From: Macrostomum lignano
Taxonomy: Eukaryota
Assembly (NCBI GenBank): GCA_002269645.1
Contig: NIVC01000632.1
Location: 248,001-312,000 of the forward strand
Direction: 5' to 3'
DNA: 64,000 bases
Positions 10,797 through 22,489 of the stretch are shown one piece after another. The notes under the pieces were generated by a model. That model was not told where the DNA came from. It did no database searches and saw only the letters and a list, made by a program, of their open reading frames with translations. Each line of letters begins with the position of its first letter. Positions within the stretch are counted from its first letter, which is position 1. A program made the translations under genes and the position numbers.

Positions 10797-13700
10797 ATGG
10801 CGTCAGAGATGGCTGCTGGCAACAGATCTGTGATGAAGGCTGTCAATCCTAAGGAGGAGGCCAGGCTCTTTAACAAGCACTACCAGCAGATGGCTGGGGA
10901 TTTGTTTAATCGTACTGCTACCGACGTCTGCATGTCAGCGCTGTGCCGGCCCAGGCACAGAATGCAGACCACCGAATTGGGCACCGAGCTGCGCGCTCGC
11001 CTAGTCAAAGAGGCTCGGGCTGCTCATCTGCAGAGAAAGTGCGGCGAACTGTTGAATAGCGAGGAATTGAAGGTGACGATTGCAGTTTGATGTAAAATTG
11101 CCTAATTGGTTTGTAATGCTTTAGGGGGGGGGGGGTCTGTGTCAGATATTGCGTGCGCCCGTGTGTGAGCTTGGCCAGGACCAGTTTATGAATCCTTACT
11201 TGTTGCCAGCTGCTCTTAACCGCAGAGCCAGTGCGCGCTACCTATATTGGCAAACAATAAAGGCTGGTCTATTTTAGATGAGCCATCAAGTCATGCAACT
11301 GATGTACAAAGGGAGCGATAGATAACTGTTCAATTGACGATCTCTTCCGAAGACTTGACTTTTACTATTTCATCTGTCGAGACTTTTGTTCTTTCCGCCT
11401 CTTACCGTCCGTCCTTCTTTGTCTATCCTCCTTCACATTTTCTAAAAAAGCGTTTTCTTCAAATTATTGGACTTAGCAGTGCAAAGTTATGAAAAATAGA
11501 TTGGCATGTTTTTTTCTCAACAGACTATCTGGCACCTGCTTGTAGCTCACCGAACTCTACCAGACTCAGCCGATGGAGAGCGGTTCATCAACTATCTCGA
11601 TTATTTGAAAGTGTGCAAAGCTGCCGGGCCGAAGTGCTCAAAACTCCTGTCGCCCAGTCTCTTCTTCAAGCTGCTGCAGGCCGATCCACTGGGCAGAGTG
11701 AGCACGGATCACTTATACGAGTTTATCTCCAGGAAGACTTGGCTGCTGCAGACTCGAGTTTGTCTGTCGCTTTACGACTTTTCCGGAGACGGGTCTCTAA
11801 GCGAATCGGATCTGGAGAACTACGTTACCAATCTGATACCAACGCTGTATCAGCTGCGCAAGCTGGACAAACTGTTTTACAGCTACTACGTTTGCACTGC
11901 GGTGCGCAAGTTTGTCTTCTTCCTCGACCCATTGCGCACCGGTCGCGTCCGGATCTTCGACATTCTGACCAGTTCGTTTCTGGACGATTTCGCCGAGCTG
12001 CAAGTAGAGACTTCGTCTCCGTCCAAAACCAACTGGTTTAGCGCCTATAAAACCCTGCGGCTCTACGGATCGTTCCTCGCTCTGGACAAAGACGCTAACG
12101 GATTGCTGAGCAAAACGGAGCTGGCTGGCTACGGCGCCGGCTCCCTGACTGACGCGTTTCTGGACCGGCTGTTTCAGACTTGCGTTACTCTCAATGGCGA
12201 GATGGACTACCAGGCCTACCTGGATTTCTGTCTGGCCATGGAGTGCCGGTCCGCTCCCCAGTCGCTTAGCTATTTCTTCCGCATCCTTGATATTGACAGC
12301 TGCGGCGCCATCACCGCCTGGTCAGTCAACTATTTCTACCGCGGCCTGCAGCGTCGTCTGCGTTCGCACGGCGTTGAGCCGCCGAGGCTGCCAGACCTAA
12401 TGGACGAGATTTTTGATATGGCGAGACCGGCCGATCCTTGCAGGTAACTGCTAAGAAAAAGCGGATGACCTTTCTTTATTCCGTGTTCTTGTGCTTGTCT
12501 TGCTTTGCTGTACCTACCACTGCCACCTCATGTAGCAATACTCATCAACAGCCACCACCTTGGGGCACATAATACTCATCAACAGCCACCACCTTGGGGC
12601 ACATAATACTCATCAACAGCCACCACCTTGGGGCACATAATACTCATCAACAGCCACCACCTTGGGGCACATAATACTCATCAACAGCCACCACCTTGGG
12701 GCACATAATACTCATCAACAGCCACCACCTTGGGGCACATAATACTTCATCAACAGCCACCACCTTGGGGCACATAATACTTCATCAACAGCCACCACCT
12801 TGGGGCACATAATACTCATCAACAGCCACCACCTTGGGGCACATAATACTCATCAACAGCCACCACCTTGGGGCACATAATACTCCATCAACAGCCACCA
12901 CCTTGGGGCATATAATACTCATCAACAGCCACCACCTTGGGGCACATAATACTCCATCAACAGCCACCACCTTGGGGCACATAATACTCATCAACAGCCA
13001 CCACCTTGGGGCACATAATACTCATCAACAGCCACCACCTTGGGGCACATAATACTCATCAACAGCCACCACCTTGGGGCACATAATACTCATCAACAGC
13101 CACCACCTTGGGGCACATAATACTCATCAACAGCCACCACCTTGGGGCACATAATACTCATCAACAGCCACCACCTTGGGGCACATAATACTTCATCAAC
13201 AGCCACCACCTTGGGGCACATAATACTCATCAACAGCCACCACCTTGGGGCACATAATACTCATCAACAGCCACCACCTTGGGGCACATAATACTCCATC
13301 AACAGCCACCACCTTGGGGCATATAATACTCATCAACAGCCACCACCTTGGGGCACATAATACTCATCAACAGCCACCACCTTGGGGCACATAATACTCA
13401 TCAACAGCCACCACCTTGGGGCACATAATACTCATCAACAGCCACCACCTTGGGGCACATAATACTTCATCAACAGCCACCACCTTGGGGCACATTATAC
13501 TTCATCAACAGCTACCACCTTGGGGCACATAATACTCATCAACAGCCACCACCTTGGGGCACATAATACTCATCAACAGCCACCACCTTGGGGCACATAA
13601 TACTCCATCAACAGCCACCACCTTGGGGCATATAATACTCATCAACAGCCACCACCTTGGGGCACATAATACTCCATCAACAGCCACCACCTTGGGGCAC

Positions 13701-14324
13701 ATAATACTCATCAACAGCTACCACCTTGGGGCACATAATACTCCACAACAGCCACCACGTCACTGACGTCAGGGCACATAATACTCCACAACAGCCACCA
13801 CCTCGGGGCACATAATACTCCACAACAGCCACCACCTCGGGGCACATAATACTCCACAACAGCCACCACGTCACTGACGTCAGGGCACATAATACTCCAC
13901 AAACAGCCACCACCTCGGGGCACATAATACTCCACAACAGCCACCACCTCGGGGCACATGACACTCCACAACCGCCTGACGGCGCTCACTAATTATTATA
14001 TTCACGCCATTCCCACAAAATCGGGGGCGAATCTTTCGGTTTCTTCCTTGTAGCACGGAATCACATTCGGTATTTTTTCCATTTGTACTGTAACAAAGAC
14101 CTCTGAATTGACTGGACTAACACGGGTTCAATTAATTTCAATCGTTCTCCTAATTTTGTAGGATTGGACTTGAGGATTTAATTAACAGCGGTCAGGGCGC
14201 AACCATTGTCAGCATTCTTATTGATGCGAGCGAGTTCTGGCGTCACGAGAGTCGGTCAGCAACAGCGCCGGATACGGTCGGAGACGGGCCAGCTGAGCCG
14301 GACGAAGAAGAACTGGAGCTTTGA
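10797..14324 (+). CDS. PPP2R3C: PP2A regulatory subunit B'' gamma; exons 10797-11072, 11524-12443, 14162-14324 (452 aa)
   Basis: EEARLFNKHY..EARAAHLQRKCGELLNSEELK|TIWHLL; VCTAVRKFVFFLDPLRTG; LDKDANGLLSK; GEMDYQAYLDF; DEIFDMARP|IGLEDLINSGQG..ILIDASEFW all match recalled PPP2R3C. Splice phases are consistent; 1359 nt total. Confidence 0.93.
12534..13975 (+). repeat. 34-bp minisatellite (actcatcaacagccaccaccttggggcacataat) in PPP2R3C intron 2
   Basis: About 40 units; variant units with cacgtcactgacgtcaggg at the 3' end. Confidence 0.97.
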
Positions 14325-14727
14325 TTCGATGATGGGTATTCTCAACACTTGATACTCAAGTATGCCTTCCGTATCGGTATTATAGTCACGTGAGCGACTA
14401 GAAAGTTGCATTAAGCTTTTTCATAAACCATGCTTTTTGTACCATGCATTTTGTTAGCATATTTGTAAATCTTGTTTGTGCACCGCGGTAAGCTCGAGTG
14501 CATTTCGTTTTCAGTATCAAGTCTCGTTTTTCTATTTTGAACAATAATAATATACTAAATTAGTGAATTTGAATTCACAATTCAGCTTATAGTGAAGGCT
14601 GTCAAGTTCGTCACCTAAGTAGTCTCAAATCTTGTAATAGTAAATTTTATGCTATTTTAAGATCTGTTCCTAAATTTTCAAGATATCGATATCGACTCTC
14701 GTTAAACCTAGGAATCTTCAATAGTAC

Positions 14728-14912
14728 TCGGTTGGAGCCCAGTGGTCAAGCGCGGCGCTCTGGTGTGCCAGCGACCCAGGCTCGATTCCAAGTGCAGTCA
14801 CATTAATTTGGGGCTGAATTGGAGTCTCGGCTTGGCTCTGCTCGTGCAATTAACGGCCTTGAGGGCCAACCCCCAAGGCGCAGTGAAGTGTACATGCCTA
14901 ACGATAAACAAA
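14728..14912 (+). mobile_element. tRNA-derived SINE
   Basis: A-box-like tggagcccagtgg (14733-14745), B-box-like ggctcgattcc (14780-14790), non-tRNA body, A-rich end taacgataaacaaa. Confidence 0.6.
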
Positions 14913-15619
14913 GTTAGGGGCCGCTGTGTGAGTGTGTGCCTGTGCGTATGACTGCGTACGTATCCGCGCGCTTGTGTGCCTGCTCAGGGGATTCGGCGGA
15001 ATGGGCAGTAATGCCTCTCGCCGGTTGTGTGACAATGTCGCTCAAAATGCGCCAGGGTGCTCACAGCCCCTGTCTCCAACTCTAACTAAATATTTACTCG
15101 GTTGGCGACGCTTAGCTCAGTAGGGTCCTCTGCAAAACTAATACGAGATGGCAAATTGTCATGCAAGTCCATTTCTTGCTTGACAAGCAACTAGCTATCT
15201 ACTTAAATGATGCTCTTCCATCATTTGGCACTTTTTAGCCTCGTGGTTTGGCAAACAGAAGATATGTTAAAAGCTTTTAGTTAATAGCAACAGTTTAAGA
15301 CTTGGCTAAATAAATAGAGACTAATGGGCTTTCGGTTTTAATGCTCCGGTGTGCCAGTCTTGTGAGAAGAAAAATGCCAGGACTTTTGTACTTGGCTTTG
15401 GCATGCTGGCTGCTTGTTTATTTGGACCTTAAGCAAATGCAAGCTCTATCAGGTTGCCTTTGCCTTGAAGAACATCCAAGTTGAGTTGTATTTTGTAATA
15501 AGTTAGTTATTGCACTGGTTGTTAATGAAAAGATAGTTTAATATAGTTTACTGCCTTTCTTTCCTCCTTCTTATGAACGTGTAAATGAACTGTGACTAAA
15601 AAGACTTTTAGACAAAGCT

Positions 15620-16381
15620 TCAGTCAAATGGTGACACGCATTCGCACAACAGCCTGTTAGCATTGACGTTGTCGCGTATGTCAACCAATTTACTATAACC
15701 CGGATGCATTACGATTACATTTTCGTTGGGAGTGTTGTCGTTCGGCTCATTGTAGTTCCAAAGGCTGTTGTCTACGGTGATGTTGCAGCCGACCCAGTAC
15801 CAGCCGTCTTTCGGCTCGACGCTTCCTGGCTCCTGGAGGCCTCCCAGCCACATTGTGTTGCCGCCAGCGTGCAGAGAATACATCGATTCCACGTGCTTCA
15901 TCTCTACCGAGCTCGTCACGTCCGCCATGATCACCAGACCGCTGTCTGACTCGCACTTCTCTCGACTCTTCAACCACGATCTATCCAAGTTTTTATAGAC
16001 TCTGTACTTCACTCCGCACAGGTCGTCTCCGTATCCGGGCGGACAAAGCAGTCCCGCTGGCAGTCCAGGCTGCTGCTTCACGAACACCCGGCCTCGCCTC
16101 GAGCATCCGCAGTCTTTCACAGACTTGCTACACTTGTCGAATAGATACAACTGACATGGACCGTTGGACAGGCTGAATGCCCGGCATTGCTCCCTGGCCC
16201 AGCACAGAATTGCGCACTGCTGCTCAGAAGTCACTTCGTTAAATGCATGAACAAACCGACTTTTAATGCACAGGAAGCCGTCAATCAGAGTGAATCTTTG
16301 TTTGCAAGCCTGCTCCCCAGCTGCAGCAGCAGCAGCTAGTAGTAGCGCTGTTACCATGGACAATAGATTCGTAGAGTGCAT
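15620..16381 (-). CDS. Secreted C-type lectin domain protein with N-terminal PAN/apple-like Cys module, 253 aa, single exon
   Basis: Hydrophobic signal (MVTALLLAAAAAAG); CAILC..C..F..GPCQLY module; CTLD motifs SWLKSREKC, MWLGG, W..NEPND, LLCE. Confidence 0.8.
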   Translation of the reverse strand: MHSTNLLSMVTALLLAAAAAAGEQACKQRFTLIDGFLCIKSRFVHAFNEVTSEQQCAILCWAREQCRAFSLSNGPCQLYLFDKCSKSVKDCGCSRRGRVFVKQQPGLPAGLLCPPGYGDDLCGVKYRVYKNLDRSWLKSREKCESDSGLVIMADVTSSVEMKHVESMYSLHAGGNTMWLGGLQEPGSVEPKDGWYWVGCNITVDNSLWNYNEPNDNTPNENVIVMHPGYSKLVDIRDNVNANRLLCECVSPFD

Positions 16382-18138
16382 GGCTATTATGGAATTCAGA
16401 TTGATTCTACGCTGATAACTGCAACTCCTGCCACGAAACTATATATAACTCCGTAATTTACAGAGAGATGTGCATTTTAGATGCCTAGCTGTTGGTCATG
16501 ATCATCCCTGCTATTGGCTGCTGGTCTCCCAACCCACTATATCGAACTGCTATCTACATGTAGCTCGTACCAGTAATTACTGTATAAGTTCTTACCCCTA
16601 CAAACTCCATATAACCAAATCCTTACATACATGTAGATGCACTGCATATGCCTTGATAAATACATGTAAGTAAGTAACATGCAGTTATATATAGCTTTAC
16701 GAAAATTGATTTATGGCCTGATACAAAAAGTATATATGTGCAAACAATTGATTAAAAGATCGAAAAGAAACTCGAGTGGCTTATAATCGTCGATTGAGAA
16801 CTGGAAATCAATAGGCACTTTTAAAACAATTCCTTTTCGCCAGCTAAGAATCATTTCAAGAACCAATCTGCATTAAGCTCTAGAACTTGGATCAATCAAA
16901 AATGCTAAGTGTATAAAGTATGCATGTATTAATTCCTTTGCCTTATAGCCGAAAATGACTCGAGGCCGTTTCGCGTTTACTGACAGAGACGAAGCCAAGC
17001 CAATCAAATTCTGCTTTAGGCCATCAAAAGGATGAATCTTAATTCTTAATGCTAAAAGAGTATTTTTTAAGGGAGGAAGGCTTTAATCTACCACGCTAAT
17101 TCCATGTTTACGAATACTCAGTCTATTATTTCTATATAGCGATTTTCAGAGATTTTGCATAGAAGTTTTTATCCAGTTATAAACGATCAGCGTAGGCCTA
17201 GCTTAGATTTGCGAGTAGGATGGATCATTTGGTTAAATTGCAAAAATGCGCAGTACAATTTTTTCGTTAGTAATATCGTTTTGTTAAAATTGTAACAAAA
17301 AAACGAAATTTAATTTAATATAAACTAAAATTCAATTTAGTCCGAACCGAACCGAACCTCTACAAGATTTTAATTGATGAATAACCGCTTGGGCAAGGTC
17401 TTGTATGTGTGAAAACGGCCTCCCAGAAATGACGGATTTGATCCTTGGGAACAGCCAAAAGTTGCATGGTGCTCATTCTTTGAATGCCGTCAATCCAAGT
17501 AGGTTAGCAAAAAATTTATAGCTAAGCTGCTACTAAGGCCTAAGCTGCTAAGGAAAGTATAAAAATTAAGTTGGTAAACCTAGGTAGGCCTAGTCAGTAT
17601 AGTCTCAGAACCTAATATTAATGGCAATCTAGTTTACTGTTAATTCTTTTTCGTTTTTTACTTTACAGCCAATTTGCCGACTTTGCAATGGCTAGAAGGC
17701 CCAGAGAAGTGAGAGAACTAGGCCTAACCACAATCGTCCCTAAACTAAAGCTGATATGAGGCCAACCACCGAGCTCATTGACATCGACATCAACCTACAG
17801 GGCTACTGGAGCGGCGGAGCCACAGGTTTAGAAGATGTATTTAGAAAACATGGGAGCCTACTATGGCGCCGCCTATTTCTAGGAAAAGTCTTTAAAAACT
17901 TATTGTAGGCCCCTATTGGGTGGTTCACTTAGGCCTAATATTATTAGCTGATCTGACTTACCTGACATTTATAATGTGCCTACTACTTTTAGGCCTATTC
18001 CATCTGTTCTAACCATCTCTATGTAAAAAAACTGAAAAAAATTCATGTAAACTAGGAGTTTGCCTTATTGTTATTTATAATATATTATCTTATATATAAA
18101 TCAATGCTACTGCTAAGCTAATAAGCTCAGAAGCTATA

Positions 18139-19028
18139 CGAGAAGTGATCAAAAAGGGTAATGGCTAGAGTTCCGGCATTGGAACCCATTTTCTAACAGC
18201 TAGGGATCTGCCAGCGCCATATAGAAGCATATAAAGACTGCTAAGAACATATCTTAAGAAGTCTGAATATTAGAAGCATCTCGTCCCAAATCTTATCATA
18301 TCATCTTAAATTTTAATCTAGAACAAAATCTCAATATCAGCCACCTGTAGAAAGAAAAATATAATGTTCCATCTATATTATAATGGCACTGCTGGATCTG
18401 TATCTGTTAGAAAATGGGTTCTGGTGCCAGAACTCTAGCCATTGCCGATCAAAAAGTTCTGCAACCTTTTGTTATAGCTTTTAGTTATAGAATTGGCAAA
18501 AGCCGAAAATTTACACATATGGGCTATATCTATTTACTATATTTATATGCATTTTTGGCTTCCAAATGTGTTCCAGTCAAATTTCATAGCTATCTTTTTT
18601 CCATGTGCTTTCAGTAGCTGATGGAAACATTAAAAGACAGTGTTTGCTTCTATATCTTTATGTACATGCAACTTGGTTGCAAAGTGACTGAGATTCATAC
18701 TGATCTAGTGGATGTTTTAGCTGACTTTGCTCCATTATTTGACATGGTTGCCCACTGGCTGCGCCATTTCTTAGAAGGCTGGGACAGTTTCAATGATAAA
18801 CAGAGGCCGTTTTCACATATACAAGACCTTGCCCAAGTGGTACATTCAGCTCTATAGGGTATACCAACTTTGGAGTACCATGACTGCTTTCAGACTTGGT
18901 GCAGACGCATTGCAATGGTACATAGATAGTGGTAGAAAGTACTTTGAGGGAATGACATTGATTAGATGCTGTGGCTTCTGTAACACTGAGTTGTGAGGTC
19001 ACTTGCAGAACTTTTTGATCACCCCTCG
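18139..19028 (+). mobile_element. Internally deleted, hypermutated Tc1/mariner element
   Basis: TA flanks (18137-38, 19029-30). Right TIR reverse complement cgaggggtgatcaaaaagttctgcaa; left TIR cgagaagtgatcaaaaag|ttctgcaa split by an insertion. Relic transposase N-terminal HTH (TEIHTDLVDVLADFAP..MVAHWLRHFLEG) is joined to C-terminal relic (FSHIQDLA..IPTLEYHDCFQTW..LQWYIDSGRKYFEGM); catalytic domain absent. Confidence 0.8.
18157..18446. mobile_element. 290-bp MITE with ~43-bp TIRs and 10-bp TSD, nested in the mariner left TIR
   Basis: Left ggtaatggctagagttccggcattggaacccattttctaacag vs right reverse complement ggcaatggctagagttctggcaccagaacccattttctaacag; gatcaaaaag duplicated at 18147-18156 and 18447-18456. 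Confidence 0.85.
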
Positions 19029-19030
19029 TA

Positions 19031-20085
19031 GTATTGGCTAGCACTTAGCCTAAGTGCCTAGCCTTGCTTAGGCTAGGCCTATAAATACTTTTTATATTAG
19101 GCCCTAGCCTAAGCTTTTAAGTTATAATTTTATAGTTATATTTAAGTTGTTATCTATAAGTGTTAGGCCTATAAATATTTAATATTTTGTTTGTTTGTTC
19201 TATGAGTATATGCTCTAATTTTTATTGTTTAGGCCTATCCAAATTGACTAGACAAAAATACTATACTATCCAGGGTCAGGATTGTGTAGTAGTGTACACC
19301 AGAACAAGAATCCCATCTTAGCTAAATGTATGCCAGTATACATCAAAAACAAAAAAATTCCCTAAAATGTATACCAAAAACTCTTCCTAAAAAGGTCATT
19401 CTGTTTTCACAAGTAGAGGTTCCTAAGAAAGGCTTTTCTATGAAAAGTATTTTTAAAATATTACAGATATTTTCATTTTAAACAAACTTAACTTATACCT
19501 ACAAAAATAATAATGCAAAATTTACATTCTTAGCAATAATTTGTACTAACTCTATTTTTTCTATTTTTAAAAAGCAAAAAGTTTATCCCTGACTTTCTAG
19601 ACTATATAAATTTTCCTTTATTTTATGTAAAACCTTAATTTACATTACAATTTTCATGTATGGCATGAATTTATGTGCCAAAAATTGTATGCCAAAATTT
19701 GTACACCAACTTTGAAAGGGGTCATTTGTACGCCAGAATTTTCCAGCATATATGTAACCTTCTGGAGTCTAGGCTTCTAACATGAATTTTTTAATATAAA
19801 AATAAAAAGTTCAAGCCAAAAACTCATTCCATTTATAATAGTCAAAGCCAATAAACTAAAAGAATTTATTTTTTTCCCATTATTGTTTTTATTTTCAATC
19901 TAGCTTTGTTGCTTTCAATTAGAAAATAACTTTCAATATAGTAAATTGTCTACTACAAAAAGAAAAAATCAAATACATTAGCTTATAGCAAAAGTAGCAA
20001 AAAATACAGTTTTCTTAATACATTTTAGGCCTAAGGTTAACTTTTTTTAGGTATTTTTGCTTTTGCTTTGCTTTTCTAGTTGTGG
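19031..20085. mobile_element. Decayed AT-rich DNA-element relic with repeated TGTACGCCA-type motifs
   Basis: Six variants of one 9-mer; only one CpG seen in ~1050 bp. Boundaries approximate. Confidence 0.45.
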
Positions 20086-20089
20086 GACG

Positions 20090-21620
20090 ATGAGCCAGTA
20101 AGTAGTATAGAAAAAAAGGCGAGCGAAGCGAGAATTTTTTTCTATGGTGCTTACTTTTGCGAAATCGTCCCTGATAAGATGTAACGTGGTTGCACACACT
20201 AAAAATGACGTTTTTCAACTTTTAAACGCTGCCAATAAAAAACGGTACGACCAATTTACAAACGGTTTTTGCCAAAATGTGTCAAAGACCTAGCGCTATC
20301 GGATGCACAATAGTTGGTTGCCATGGCAATGCGTTTTGGTTGCCATGGCAACCAAAAACTGCGTTTTTTCGACTTTGTCAAAAACTTTGATCTCAAAAAA
20401 TAAGGATTGAGAATATGGCAGCGCTTAGCGGGCTGGCTCAGTAAACGCGGGCATTCGAACGCTACAATGATCAGAAATGGATTTTTTTATTGTACTTTAA
20501 CGTCTAGGCTAAAAGTACAAAAAACGTGTTTTTTGAGGTCGAAAAATTGGCATTTTTTCCAACTTTGCCTCACCGCAGCGAAAAGGACGCGCGATAGCGC
20601 GGCCTTTGAGCTGCCTCATAGCGTCAATAACACCTGGGGCTGTTTGATGCGCTATAGTTTTTAGGGCTAAAATGTACTTTTCACATGGCTGCCTATCTGC
20701 ACTTTAAAAGTACAAATTTTTAGTGCACTTTTGTGAGGCCTATCTCGTCGAGATTAAAAACTTTATTTTTTAATATTTCTACACCAAATTACTCAAATAG
20801 ATGTCTTCTATTCGGAAACATCGAGATTTGGCTTATTGGGCCATCAATAACCTGCCCAGGTGCCAAAGAGTGCCTAAAAACGACATTTTCAAAAAATTGG
20901 GTCACGTTTTAAAAAAGTAGTCCTCAAACTTGAAAAAGTGTTTTATGCTACAGTGGTGAGACTTTAACACGATGTGTCAAACATATGGAAATTTGTTTTC
21001 CTAAATTTTCTAAGCATTTGGACCTACCTGTGCTGAGCAGTGACCCGAAAACCAGGGAAAAAAGAGGCCGGGGGCACTGCAGAAAATCAGACGTTGTTAA
21101 GGAAATTTTTTTAAAATGGGGCAAAGTTTTTCGAGTATGGCGTCAAATTGTAGCCCATCGGATGCCCTTTTGAATGACATAAGACACTCCTGAAAAAACC
21201 CCTGTTAACAGGTACTTTTTACCTGTTAAGTGAAAAACGGCCCATTTTGGGGTACAAACTTTGAAGTGGAAAAATAAGAAATTTTGCGCACCGATTTTTC
21301 TGCATTTTCAATATTGTTTAGTCGAATAGATGAAGTTACACCGGTCATACGCCAATATGGCTGGAAAATTCGTATTTTTGAGAAAATTGGCTCCGAATTT
21401 TGAGAAGGCTATTTTTGGGCAAATTTTGAGCATACTTTTGCTAATAACTCTGCATTGGCAAGGCCTAGAGACTCAATTTTGGTGTCTAAAAACAGCACTA
21501 TGGATGCACTGTGCAACTAAATTAGTTTTGAAAACTGATTCTTAAGTTAATAGGTCTTAATACCTGTTTGAATACCTGTCAGAACAGGTGAAAATGCACA
21601 ATTTGGCGCCTAGGAGGCGT
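20090..21620. mobile_element. Probable non-autonomous DNA transposon / interspersed repeat (CpG intact)
   Basis: Non-coding, contains gcgagcgaagcgag and two gttgccatggcaa palindromes, motifs I associate with invertebrate non-autonomous elements. No TIRs identified. Confidence 0.3.
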
Positions 21621-22179
21621 AAAATTTGTTGACATACTTTAAAAATGCATTAGATGAATGCGCCTTGATGTTATCTCTGTAACGACATGCGACTCGCATT
21701 TTTAGATGAAGGCGCTGCGATGCAGCGAGCAGAAATGTATGAAAAAGCAGCAAAAATCGTAAAAGTGGCTACCATAGGGAATATTCGATATAAACGGCGT
21801 GCACTGTAGAGCTTCGCTTAAGTAAGAGATGGATCGGGGCCGAAGGCAGTTGCTTTGTAAATGGCCTAAACACGGGTTCGAATCCCAAGTGGGCCAAGTT
21901 TTTTTTATATTTAATTTTTTAGCAGGAACGGATTTATTAGTATTTTCAATTCTCTTTCACTTGAATATAATTTAATATTGATTGTTTAATTTTCCTTTCC
22001 TTCTATACCTTATTAAAGAGTAAGAGTGAAGCTGAAAGTGCGGCACAGATGATTTGTTAGTGCAGAAAGAATATTACGATACATATCGGCAAGTATCATG
22101 TGTTGCGCGGTCGCCAAAGGCTTACAAGCAGTTTTAGCATGCTAAAAAGATGTGTTAGAGGTGGGAAAAGTTGCGGAGG

Positions 22180-22485
22180 GGTGGGGTGGGGGAGCGGGGG
22201 TGTGGGGGCGGCAGCCCCCACGTTACGCAAACCCACAACAACAACCACCCTCCCCAACAACAATGTGCGGGAGGGGTGGGGGAGCGGGGGTGTGGGGGCG
22301 GCAGCCCCCACGTTACGCAAACCCCACAACAACAACCACCCTCCCAACAACAACGCGCGGGAGGGGTGGGGGAGCGGGGGTGTGGGGGCGGCAGCCCCCA
22401 CGTTACGCAAACCCCACAACAACAACCACCCTCCCCAACAACAACGCGCGGGAGGGGTGGGGGAGCGGGGGTGTGGGGCGGCCAG
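22180..22485 (+). repeat. ~90-bp GC-rich tandem repeat (~3.5 copies)
   Basis: gagcggggg recurs at 22192, 22282, 22372, 22463. Confidence 0.9.
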
Positions 22486-22489
22486 CCCT

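Noticed and set aside
10714-11090. ORF 10695-11090 as a stand-alone secreted cysteine-containing protein
   Set aside because: Its C-terminal two thirds match the PPP2R3C N-terminus and splice in frame to 11524.
17660-17910. GC-richer patch with an acceptor-like site and short frames (MRPTTELIDIDINLQGYW..)
   Set aside because: No recognisable family, frames are short and interrupted; probably decayed element or gene debris.
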